The translations under genes and the position numbers were made by a program. A stretch of DNA of 64,000 nucleotides. Origin: Acidimicrobiia bacterium UBA2766. Lineage in GTDB: Bacteria > Actinomycetota > Acidimicrobiia > UBA2766. Numbering within the stretch: the first letter of the stretch is position 1; each line of letters begins with the position of its first letter. The notes under the pieces are model-generated. The model was not told where the DNA came from. It worked only from the letters and a program-made list of their open reading frames with translations, and did no database searches. Location of the stretch: positions 138,348 to 202,347 of the forward strand of contig DEIU01000010.1 in the NCBI GenBank assembly GCA_002352645.1, in the 5' to 3' direction. Of the stretch, positions 56,135-64,000 are shown piece after piece.

Positions 56135-57382
56135 TTAGTTCCGTACTACTTCTTGCCAAGCGACATCCTTATCAACCGCAACATCGCGCGGAAGACCTAG
56201 GATGCGTTCCGCAATCTGATTGCGCAACACTTCCGACGTCCCGCCTTCGATGGTGTTCGCCCGTGCGCGCAAAAAAGCAGTCGCCCGGCGCTCGGCATCC
56301 TGATCTCCAGACACCCAAGCCACACCATTCGGCCCCGCGGCATTGACGGCAAAACTGGTGCGTCTCTGTTGGAACTCAGCGTTCATCACCTTGTTGACAG
56401 AGCCTTCCGGGCCAGGTTGGTCACCTCGCAAGCGAGCAGACAGCGCACGAAAAGCGGTGACTTCTTTGAGTTCTTGCACCGAGTAATACTGCGCAATCTT
56501 TTGCCGTATCACAGGATCAGAAGTGTCGCGGAAACTCCCGACCCACTCACTCCAAGGATCTTTTTTCACGCCACCCATCATGGAAGCTGGATCAATTGAC
56601 AATCCAGACAATGTGACACGTTCATTCATCAGCGTGGTACGCGCCACGCGCCACCCCTGTCCGATCTCTCCCACTCTGTTTTCATCAGGTATACGCACAT
56701 TGTCAAAAAACACTTCGTTGAATTCCGCAGAACCCGTCATTTGCCGCAACGGACGAACTTCAACCCCTGGACTCTTCATATCCACGATAAAGTAGGAAAG
56801 ACCTTCATGCTTCGGCTTTGATGGGTCTGTCCGCGCGAGCAGCATGCCAAACTGGGCAAATTGCCCAATAGATGTCCAGACCTTCTGCCCATTCACTACC
56901 CACTCATCACCATCCCGCTCGGCCCGAGTCGAAACAGACGCCAGGTCAGACCCTGAACCAGGCTCGCTAAAAAGCTGACACCACACTTCTTCTGCTGTGA
57001 GAATCTTTTTCAAATAACGCGCACGTTGAGCGTCCGTCCCATGCTCCACAATGGTTGGCCCCGCGAGCCCCACCCCAAGAATATTGATACTGAAAAGCGG
57101 CAAACGGAAACGCTGTAGTTCTTCGCGCGTTATCTGTTGCATCCAGGATTCGCCTGAAAGCCCCCCGTATTCTCGTGGCCACAAAGGGGCACCAAACCCA
57201 GACGCCCCAATCACAGACGTCCACCCCATCCAGTTCCAACCCTTTTTAATCGCTCCCAGCGCCTCATCATCCCCATTTTCCACCGCTTCAACCCAACCAT
57301 CAGGCAAAACGGTACTAAGCCATTCGATAAATTCGGAGCGGAAAGCCGCCCGTTCCGGAGTGTCCTCAATTCGCCATTTCAT
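56135..57382 (-). CDS. Acyl-CoA dehydrogenase
   Basis: 415 aa. 'LFSEPGSGSD', 'GQKVWTS', and C-terminal 'TIEGGTSEVLRN' with the catalytic Glu. ATG 57382. Confidence 0.9.
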   Translation of the reverse strand: MKWRIEDTPERAAFRSEFIEWLSTVLPDGWVEAVENGDDEALGAIKKGWNWMGWTSVIGASGFGAPLWPREYGGLSGESWMQQITREELQRFRLPLFSINILGVGLAGPTIVEHGTDAQRARYLKKILTAEEVWCQLFSEPGSGSDLASVSTRAERDGDEWVVNGQKVWTSIGQFAQFGMLLARTDPSKPKHEGLSYFIVDMKSPGVEVRPLRQMTGSAEFNEVFFDNVRIPDENRVGEIGQGWRVARTTLMNERVTLSGLSIDPASMMGGVKKDPWSEWVGSFRDTSDPVIRQKIAQYYSVQELKEVTAFRALSARLRGDQPGPEGSVNKVMNAEFQQRRTSFAVNAAGPNGVAWVSGDQDAERRATAFLRARANTIEGGTSEVLRNQIAERILGLPRDVAVDKDVAWQEVVRN

Positions 57383-57640
57383 TGTTCTTTTTCCTTGCTC
57401 TTATCAGCCACTACATACGACTAACACACGGGAAAAGGGCTCAGCAGTGCGCACAGAACAGGGCGACACCGCCCATCCAAAGACAACTAAGCAGACAAGA
57501 AACTCACCTTCCAGAGCAATTTCATGCGACAAGGAGAGCCGAAAGGGTCCCCTCCCTTGCCTTTTCCACACAACCGGTAACTGGAAGATTTTTCCATCTT
57601 CCAGTGGCTAGCGTGTAACCAAACTACGCCGTCGCCGCAT

Positions 57641-60232
57641 TTGCATCGCACGCTCACCACACTCTCGCAGCGTGGCTACCGCGCCGTCGTAAGAAAGGTG
57701 GTTTCCGTGACCGTTCCAGGAATTCTCGTCACAATAGTCCTGACGTTCACGACCCTCAGCACGCTGGCATTCTTCTTCTCTCGCCTGAAAAATCGCGAAA
57801 GAAACAATACTCTTCACACTGAAACACAGCATGCCGGCAATCCTGAAAACAGGAAACAAGCAAGCGACAAACATTCCTCTTTTACCCCTATTTATACCGA
57901 CGCATTGCTTCCAGCTGCTCTCGCCTCGCCAGTCGCCGTTCCATCGGCCATACAAGAAAAGCACGTCAGGAGAAACTACCCTTCTTCCGATCTCCCTACC
58001 GACCCCCCGCCCTCTTCTTCTCCGACTCCTTCGGAGAGCTCCTCCTTTCGCCCCTCACTTTCCGCAAGAAGCGGCGCATGGCCTTTTCCGACCTCAGACT
58101 CCGGAGAAAACACTGCCGTTCTTACATCCGTCCCAACATTGACAAACGTCCATTCTGACACCTCTAGAGAGAAAAGAAATGCTCCCCCTGTCTTTTCCTC
58201 CCCCCTTTCTCCTCATCCTTACCCTCCTTCGCTACCAGAACCTTTTTCGCTTCCCGATTCTCTCCTCGAACAGGAAGACCGGATCTGGAACATCCCCCCT
58301 CCCTGCCCACGTTTTACAGGACGCGAAGCCCACCTTGCTCAGCTACTCCTGCCCCCAAGCGCCGGACGCATCAGCGTTATTATTCCCCGTCTCACCACCA
58401 TGCACGAACAAGGAGGCATCGGAAAAACACAGCTCGCCCTCGCCTACGCCGCACGCGTCAAAAAAGATATGCACTGGGGATGGCGGCTCCGCGCGCACAA
58501 TCGCACAGTTCTCCTCGCTGACTACATCGACCTCGGCGAAGAACTTGGCCTTCCGATCGCTCCGAACAACGACCATCTCGCCACTCTGGCCCTGGTTCGT
58601 TCCACCCTGGCAGAACGAACCCCGCCTTGGCTCTTAATTTTTGACGACGTCGTACAATCAGACGACATTGTGGATCTCCTTCCCCCATCCCACCAAGGAA
58701 GAATCATCATCACTTCGCGTGATCCCCTTGGATGGGTGGGCATCGCGGAACCACACGAACTTCCCGTCTTCCCCCGGAAACAATCAACCGATTACCTGCA
58801 ACGCAACAGTCAAAACCAACAACAAGACAGGAAAAAAGACCCTGAAGCAGAGAATACGGTACACGCCCTGGCGGAACTGCTCGGAGACCTTCCGCTCGCG
58901 CTGGAGCACGCGAGATCCTATATGGAGAGTACAGGGACTTCCCTCAGTGCTTGCCTTGAAGCACTCCTCTCTGGCTCCCCTCCTCTTACCTTTCCTGGAC
59001 CAGGTGTGCCACGCCACAGCAAAATCGTGCACTGCACAACCCGGCTCTCTGCCAAATCTGCAGCCCGGCATTCCACTGCGGCATGGGATCTGCTCGAAAC
59101 AATGGCCTGGCTCGCTCCCGACGATATTCCCGACACGGTCTTCGCCACATTCAGTCACCGTTTAGGCGAGGAAGGCATCCCTGACACCACTGCTTTTGAT
59201 CAACTCGCCGGCACAGTAGAAAGATTTGGACTCACGCAACGCTCTCCTGTCACAGGCACTTCTTCTCTCCATCCCCTCACACAAAATGCCCTGCGGGCAG
59301 GACAGAAAAAAAAGGCCATGTCCAGGCTCTCCAACGCGATCGACCTCATTGCCGACGCGTATCCCGACGAGTCATGGACACCTGCCACCTGGGCGGTTTG
59401 CTCCCTCCTCACACCACACGCCCTCACCCTCGCCTCCCACGCTTTTGCCCATGGCATCAGCAGCGTCAACCTGGCAGAACTGCTCCACAATACTGGAGTC
59501 TATCTTTTCTCACGCTATACAGATTGCAACACAGCCCTGCACTGTCTTGACCAAACTCTCACCTTGGAAGAGCAGGTGCACGAGCCAAACCACCCTGAAA
59601 TTGGTGTGACGCTCGGAAACCTCAGCCGTATTGCACACCGCCAAGGACAATTCGAACGTGCGCTTGCCTATCAAGAACGAGCCTTGCAGGTGAACGAAAC
59701 AGCCTACGGCCATCATCATCTCGAAGTCGCCATTGCGCTCGGCAACCTTGGGGTCATTGAAGACCAGCTCGGTCTGCTCGACAGAGCACGAGCGCATCAT
59801 CGACGCGCTCTTACCATTCTGGAGCACACACGAGGTGCCGAACATCCGGACATCGCCATTGCAATCGGCAATCTCGGCATTGTCGAACACCGACTCGGCC
59901 TCTTCGAGGAAGCAAAAACCCATATTCGATTGTCTTATACACTAAACATGAAAGTGTATGGAGAACACCATCCCGAAGTCGCGATTTCCCTCATCAACCT
60001 CGGCTTGACCGAACGAGCCACTGGAAACACAGAAAATGCAGCGTCTTGCTTTCATCGCGCCAATGAGCTTTTGACAGAAGCCTACGGACCGAATCACCCA
60101 GACACCCGCAAAACAGCACAACTCGTTGCAAATCTTGACCGACAACGAGGAAACCCTGCAGCAGATGTACTCCTATCGCACACAAGCCCGACGAGTGCTC
60201 CCTCTCCCGCGAGTTCTCCTACACACCCTTGA
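57641..60232 (+). CDS. Membrane-anchored STAND NTPase: TM helix, Pro/Ser-rich linker, NB-ARC domain, C-terminal TPR array
   Basis: TM 'VPGILVTIVLTFTTLSTLAFFF'. P-loop 'EQGGIGKTQLA' (58412-58429). 'LLIFDDV' Walker B. At least five 42-aa TPR_10/12-like repeats ('HPEIGVTLGNLSRIAHRQGQFERALAYQERAL...'). The TTG start at 57641 is uncertain. Confidence 0.8.
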   Translation: MHRTLTTLSQRGYRAVVRKVVSVTVPGILVTIVLTFTTLSTLAFFFSRLKNRERNNTLHTETQHAGNPENRKQASDKHSSFTPIYTDALLPAALASPVAVPSAIQEKHVRRNYPSSDLPTDPPPSSSPTPSESSSFRPSLSARSGAWPFPTSDSGENTAVLTSVPTLTNVHSDTSREKRNAPPVFSSPLSPHPYPPSLPEPFSLPDSLLEQEDRIWNIPPPCPRFTGREAHLAQLLLPPSAGRISVIIPRLTTMHEQGGIGKTQLALAYAARVKKDMHWGWRLRAHNRTVLLADYIDLGEELGLPIAPNNDHLATLALVRSTLAERTPPWLLIFDDVVQSDDIVDLLPPSHQGRIIITSRDPLGWVGIAEPHELPVFPRKQSTDYLQRNSQNQQQDRKKDPEAENTVHALAELLGDLPLALEHARSYMESTGTSLSACLEALLSGSPPLTFPGPGVPRHSKIVHCTTRLSAKSAARHSTAAWDLLETMAWLAPDDIPDTVFATFSHRLGEEGIPDTTAFDQLAGTVERFGLTQRSPVTGTSSLHPLTQNALRAGQKKKAMSRLSNAIDLIADAYPDESWTPATWAVCSLLTPHALTLASHAFAHGISSVNLAELLHNTGVYLFSRYTDCNTALHCLDQTLTLEEQVHEPNHPEIGVTLGNLSRIAHRQGQFERALAYQERALQVNETAYGHHHLEVAIALGNLGVIEDQLGLLDRARAHHRRALTILEHTRGAEHPDIAIAIGNLGIVEHRLGLFEEAKTHIRLSYTLNMKVYGEHHPEVAISLINLGLTERATGNTENAASCFHRANELLTEAYGPNHPDTRKTAQLVANLDRQRGNPAADVLLSHTSPTSAPSPASSPTHP

Positions 60233-60769
60233 GCACACAAAATCCGCACCCAAGACAAAGATCCTCGGCGCATGCCCTGAACAGACATTTTCCGCTATCT
60301 CCCCAGAGTCTCCGGCAGGGTCTCACAAACGCCGGACACTCGAGAAGAATCTCAGCCAAAAGGAAAAAACGCAGAGGAAGACCGGATTTTTGCAAAAGAT
60401 GGAACACATGTTTTTTCTTTTCTTTCAGGCCTCCTCAAGACAAAAATTGCATTCCGAAAAGCCTAATGTCGGAAAAACACGCGTCCGCGCAAGATCTGGC
60501 AATAGGCTGTCAGATGCCCGCTTGTCGTAGAACCAGCACTCTTCGTGCCGGCCCCCCGTGCAAGCCCAAGGTCCTCGGTCATGCAATGAATTCCCGGAAT
60601 CCCTCCGGAAAACCTTGACAGCATGCAGCAGTGGACTCACCGCAAGCCGGGAGGCCAAAACAGACAAGCATCAAGCCCTCAATCTCGCGGGCAATACGCA
60701 GCACCCGCTTCCGGGTACGCTCTACTCGCGAGAAAAAATTGTAAAAAATTTCCAAGACGAGCAGGTGAA

Positions 60770-63223
60770 ATGGCGATCCCATTCCCTGGAGATCACCAAC
60801 CCAATTCTCCGGACAGGTTGGCATCAAATCACACGGTCGCAATAGGGACCGAAAGCCAAAACCCCCTCTTCAGGGTACGTACACGCGTGATGATCTGCAG
60901 CCTCGACGAACATGGGCGCATCCTCTCTTTGAACGACGAAGCCCCACAAGTCCTCGCCCTTTTTACCACTTCCGACAACCCAGACGACAACACGCCCGAC
61001 AGCACAGACAGTGCCAATCACAATGGCAACAAGAACAACATCATTGGCACAGTCCTCTCTGATCTTTCTCCCGCTCTCGCCGAAATCGCCGAACGCACTT
61101 TGACAACACAACACGAAGTGCATACGTGCATCTCCCTCGAACAGACAAACAAACAAGTCTGTGTTTCGGCGTCCTGTCTTCCCATCGGATCTCCACACAC
61201 GCCAGAAACCCATATTCTCTTTGTCTCCACTGATATCTCCCTCAATACGAAGCCGCTGCCCTGTAGGACAAACACAAGCAATAACAGCAATATCCATGAC
61301 CCCTTGCGTTCGATCGCCGAACACACCCCAGACATCATTTACCGCTACAGCCTGCGTCCCATTCCAAAACTGGACTATCTCAATCCCGCAACAACAGCTC
61401 TGCTCGGATACACACCGGAGGACTACTATGCAGATCCCTGGCTTGTCTTCCGCACCCTGCACCCGGATGACTGGCTCCATGTCAGCAAAGCAATGGCAAG
61501 TATCACTGGTTCCCAGGCGGTTCCCTCTCCACAGAATTTCACCCTGCGTCTCGTCTGCAAAGACGGCAACATTCTGTGGACAGAGCATCATGTCTGCCTG
61601 CAAACAAACAGAACAGGTGTCATTACTGCAGTGGAAGGCATCGCGCGTGACGTCACCGAACCACACCGGCACCGCGAAGAACTCGAGCACAATGCCCTGC
61701 ACGACATGTTGACGGGGCTCCCGAACCGCCGCCTCTTCTTGGAGCATCTCACCCACGCGCTCACACGACTCCGCCGGCGCCCAAGTTGGGTTGCACTGCT
61801 CTTTCTCGACCTCGACGGTTTCAAAACGGTGAACGACACCCTGGGCCACGCGGCAGGTGACCGTCTCTTAACTGATACCGCGAACCGCCTGCAGTCAGTC
61901 GTGCGTCCAGACGACACCGTCGCCCGGATCGGCGGCGATGAGTTCACAGTCTTGATGGAAGGCATCGAGGGCCCCGAAGACGCCCGCTATGCCGCAGAAC
62001 GCTTACGTCGCGCGCTCACGTCCTCTTTCGAGGCTGCAGGCGAAGAATGCACGACAACAGTGAGTATCGGCATCGCGTTGACAACTGATCCTGAAGATTC
62101 CCCGGAAGAGCTCTTACGCAAAGCCGACCTCGCAATGTATGACGCGAAACAACGCGGAAGAAACCAGGTCGGAATCTTTGATGCCCGTCTTCGTTCTTCT
62201 GTCTCTCATCAGCGTGAGAAAAAACGTTCGCTTCGACGGGCATGGGAACAGCGCGAGTTCACTGTGCGCTACCAACCAGTGGTAAAAGTGCACAATGGCG
62301 AGATCTGCGCCGTCGAAGCCACCGTTCTCTGGGCTCCGCCGGGAGACAAAGTCGAAAAAGCAGAGGCCTTTCTCAATCTCGCAGAAGAAACCGGCTTAAT
62401 CGTTCCCATTGCCAATTGGGCACTTGAAGAAGCCTGTCAACAGGCACAGAAGTGGAGTAGCACATGGGAAGGAGGAAAACCGATCCCCATGCAGATTAAC
62501 GTCTCTGCTCGACAGCTCGCCCATACAGATTTCGTGAAAAACCTCGAAAAAACACTCGAGAGGACGAAAATCGATCCCCCCTCAGTTTGTCTCGAACTCG
62601 CAGAGACAGCACTCATGAGCGACCCTGAAACCATTCTTGCCGCGCTGCGCGCAGCACAAAACTTTGGGATTCGCATGAGTATCGACAATTTTGGCCTCGG
62701 CTATTCTTCTGTCCATCGGTTAAAACAATTCCCGATTGACGCGGTCAAAATCGACATCTCGCTTATCTCTCAGCTGATTGAAGACGGAAACGCTCCTCTC
62801 ATCGAAGCGGTCTTCGACCTATCCCATGCGCTCGGGTCTGCAGTGGTCGTCAAGAACGTCCGACAACCCCAACATCTACGCCAGCTGCTTCAGCTCAAGT
62901 GTGACTGTGTACAAGGAGAACTTGTGGCCAATCCTCTTCCTGGCCAGAGGTTTCTTCCCTGGTTGCAACAGCGTCAACAACACGCTCCCCTCACGAATAA
63001 CACGTCAGGCAGCAAAGCCGATCATCTACAACAGAAAAAAGCAACCGGAGAACACGAAGAAGAGAAAAAACCAGGCTGGGCGCGTCTTCTCTTGCCATCT
63101 ACTCTTTCAGTAGAAGACAACGGAGAAGACAACGGTGGAGACAGCCTGCAGCAAAGGAATCCCGAGACACATTCACAAAACCCAGAAAACTCCCTTTTTT
63201 CCCGAAAAACGGCGCTAGGCTAG
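60770..63223 (+). CDS. PAS-PAS-GGDEF-EAL protein (GGDEF intact with I-site; EAL degenerate)
   Basis: 'RPDDTVARIGGDEF' (61931-61945 = GGDEF). EAL-domain blocks 'EAT', 'QINVS', 'LELAE', 'DNFGLGYSS', 'KID', 'VKNVR' and 'QGEL'. The start is ambiguous: ATG 60770 is preferred, the ORF opens at 60623, and ATG 60890 is also possible. Confidence 0.85.
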   Translation: MAIPFPGDHQPNSPDRLASNHTVAIGTESQNPLFRVRTRVMICSLDEHGRILSLNDEAPQVLALFTTSDNPDDNTPDSTDSANHNGNKNNIIGTVLSDLSPALAEIAERTLTTQHEVHTCISLEQTNKQVCVSASCLPIGSPHTPETHILFVSTDISLNTKPLPCRTNTSNNSNIHDPLRSIAEHTPDIIYRYSLRPIPKLDYLNPATTALLGYTPEDYYADPWLVFRTLHPDDWLHVSKAMASITGSQAVPSPQNFTLRLVCKDGNILWTEHHVCLQTNRTGVITAVEGIARDVTEPHRHREELEHNALHDMLTGLPNRRLFLEHLTHALTRLRRRPSWVALLFLDLDGFKTVNDTLGHAAGDRLLTDTANRLQSVVRPDDTVARIGGDEFTVLMEGIEGPEDARYAAERLRRALTSSFEAAGEECTTTVSIGIALTTDPEDSPEELLRKADLAMYDAKQRGRNQVGIFDARLRSSVSHQREKKRSLRRAWEQREFTVRYQPVVKVHNGEICAVEATVLWAPPGDKVEKAEAFLNLAEETGLIVPIANWALEEACQQAQKWSSTWEGGKPIPMQINVSARQLAHTDFVKNLEKTLERTKIDPPSVCLELAETALMSDPETILAALRAAQNFGIRMSIDNFGLGYSSVHRLKQFPIDAVKIDISLISQLIEDGNAPLIEAVFDLSHALGSAVVVKNVRQPQHLRQLLQLKCDCVQGELVANPLPGQRFLPWLQQRQQHAPLTNNTSGSKADHLQQKKATGEHEEEKKPGWARLLLPSTLSVEDNGEDNGGDSLQQRNPETHSQNPENSLFSRKTALG

Positions 63224-63434
63224 CACACCACGCGGCACTTTTTTTCTCCTTCCAACTCAATATGGTGTGACAACGAGAAGCCTCCCGCGCGCACAGAATA
63301 ATACCGCCTCATGCCATATCGCAGATCGCTCACCTATATGACTCGTGTGCGCTACTCGCGCATATAACCGGAACTTTTTCTTGTTGGAGTGCAAAAAACC
63401 CCAACAAACACAACAGAAAGAACGAGAGATCAAT

Positions 63435-64000
63435 ATGCGACTGCTCATCGCAAAATGCGAAGTGGTGTACCAAGGAAGGCTCGGAGCGCATCTTCCCCCC
63501 GCAATCCGCCTTGTGCTTCTGAAAGCAGACGGTTCTATTGCAGTGCATAGCGACACAAAAGCCTACAAGCCCTTGAACTGGATGTCTCCCCCTTGCGAGA
63601 TCATTGAAACTGAAGAAAAAATCACCGTCACAAAAGCAAAGGGGGAACGGCTCGACATCACCCTGCACGAAGTGTTGTCCGACTACCGGATCGATATGGG
63701 CGAAGATCCCGGTCTCGCAAAAGACGGGGTAGAAGCCGAACTCCAAGCGCTCTTGCGCGATCGGCTCAACATGATGGAAGACGGTCTCACCCTGATCCGG
63801 CGAGAGTATCCCACCGACATTGGGCCAGTTGACTTTCTCTGCCGGGATACCGCAGGAGAAACTGTGGTCATTGAAGTAAAACGCATCGGAGAAATCTCCG
63901 GCGTCGAACAACTTGTACGCTACAGAGATCGTCTTTCGCTCGATCCTCTCTTGGCCCCACTACGCGCACTCTATGTCGCCACCAAGATCAAACCCCAAGC
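63435..64000 (+). CDS. nucS: Endonuclease NucS/EndoMS (3' end outside the window)
   Basis: '[16 protein letters not shown]...[13 protein letters not shown]...KPLNWM' and '[26 protein letters not shown]' match NucS. It runs off the window end without a stop. Confidence 0.9.
   Translation, partial: MRLLIAKCEVVYQGRLGAHLPPAIRLVLLKADGSIAVHSDTKAYKPLNWMSPPCEIIETEEKITVTKAKGERLDITLHEVLSDYRIDMGEDPGLAKDGVEAELQALLRDRLNMMEDGLTLIRREYPTDIGPVDFLCRDTAGETVVIEVKRIGEISGVEQLVRYRDRLSLDPLLAPLRALYVATKIKPQ

Overview
64-kb chromosomal window. It most likely comes from a mid-GC actinobacterium, an inference from gene content only: PAC2, NucS/EndoMS, the DUF501-ppx pair, a DUF4012-like protein, an LPXTG protein and many GTG/TTG starts. 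I call about 44 protein genes and one tRNA-Leu(UAA). I see no rRNA, CRISPR array, transposase, integrase or phage genes. Most genes are on the minus strand.

Content:
- (1) Housekeeping and metabolism: PAC2, polyprenyl diphosphate synthase, three acyl-CoA dehydrogenases, a CoA-disulfide reductase/NADH oxidase-type flavoprotein, cysteine-poor L31 type B and L33, malic enzyme, a lyase/ACAD/hydratase operon that looks like the lower ethylmalonyl-CoA route, aconitase, ppx and nucS.
- (2) A roughly 20-kb glycan (EPS or cell-wall polymer) assembly locus at 19.7-39.7 kb. It is built largely from fusion enzymes (GT4-GT4, enolase-superfamily-GT4, GT4-methyltransferase) plus a priming sugar transferase, a DUF4012-like protein, an LPXTG protein and a Wzz/BY-kinase. 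I see no flippase, polymerase or ABC exporter in it.
- (3) A signalling block: HD-GYP, PAS-GGDEF with a degenerate EAL domain, a hybrid histidine kinase with two receivers, MarR, a PAS/GAF-PP2C phosphatase coupled to ppx, and a membrane-anchored NB-ARC/TPR STAND NTPase.

Best candidates for new biology:
- the enolase-GT4 fusion and the exporter-less fusion-enzyme glycan locus;
- the membrane-anchored STAND NTPase;
- the ferredoxin-reductase/CDGSH pair.

Structural oddities:
- a 2 x 117-bp tandem duplication of an operon junction that leaves a translatable 33-codon relic ORF;
- an exact 48-nt glycosyltransferase gene fragment copied 4.6 kb away, bracketing aconitase;
- long perfect palindromes at convergent gene ends;
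- unusually long, strand-skewed (A/C-rich on +) spacers. By my own annotation the window is only about four-fifths coding.

All functional calls rest on motif recognition by eye. No searches were run.
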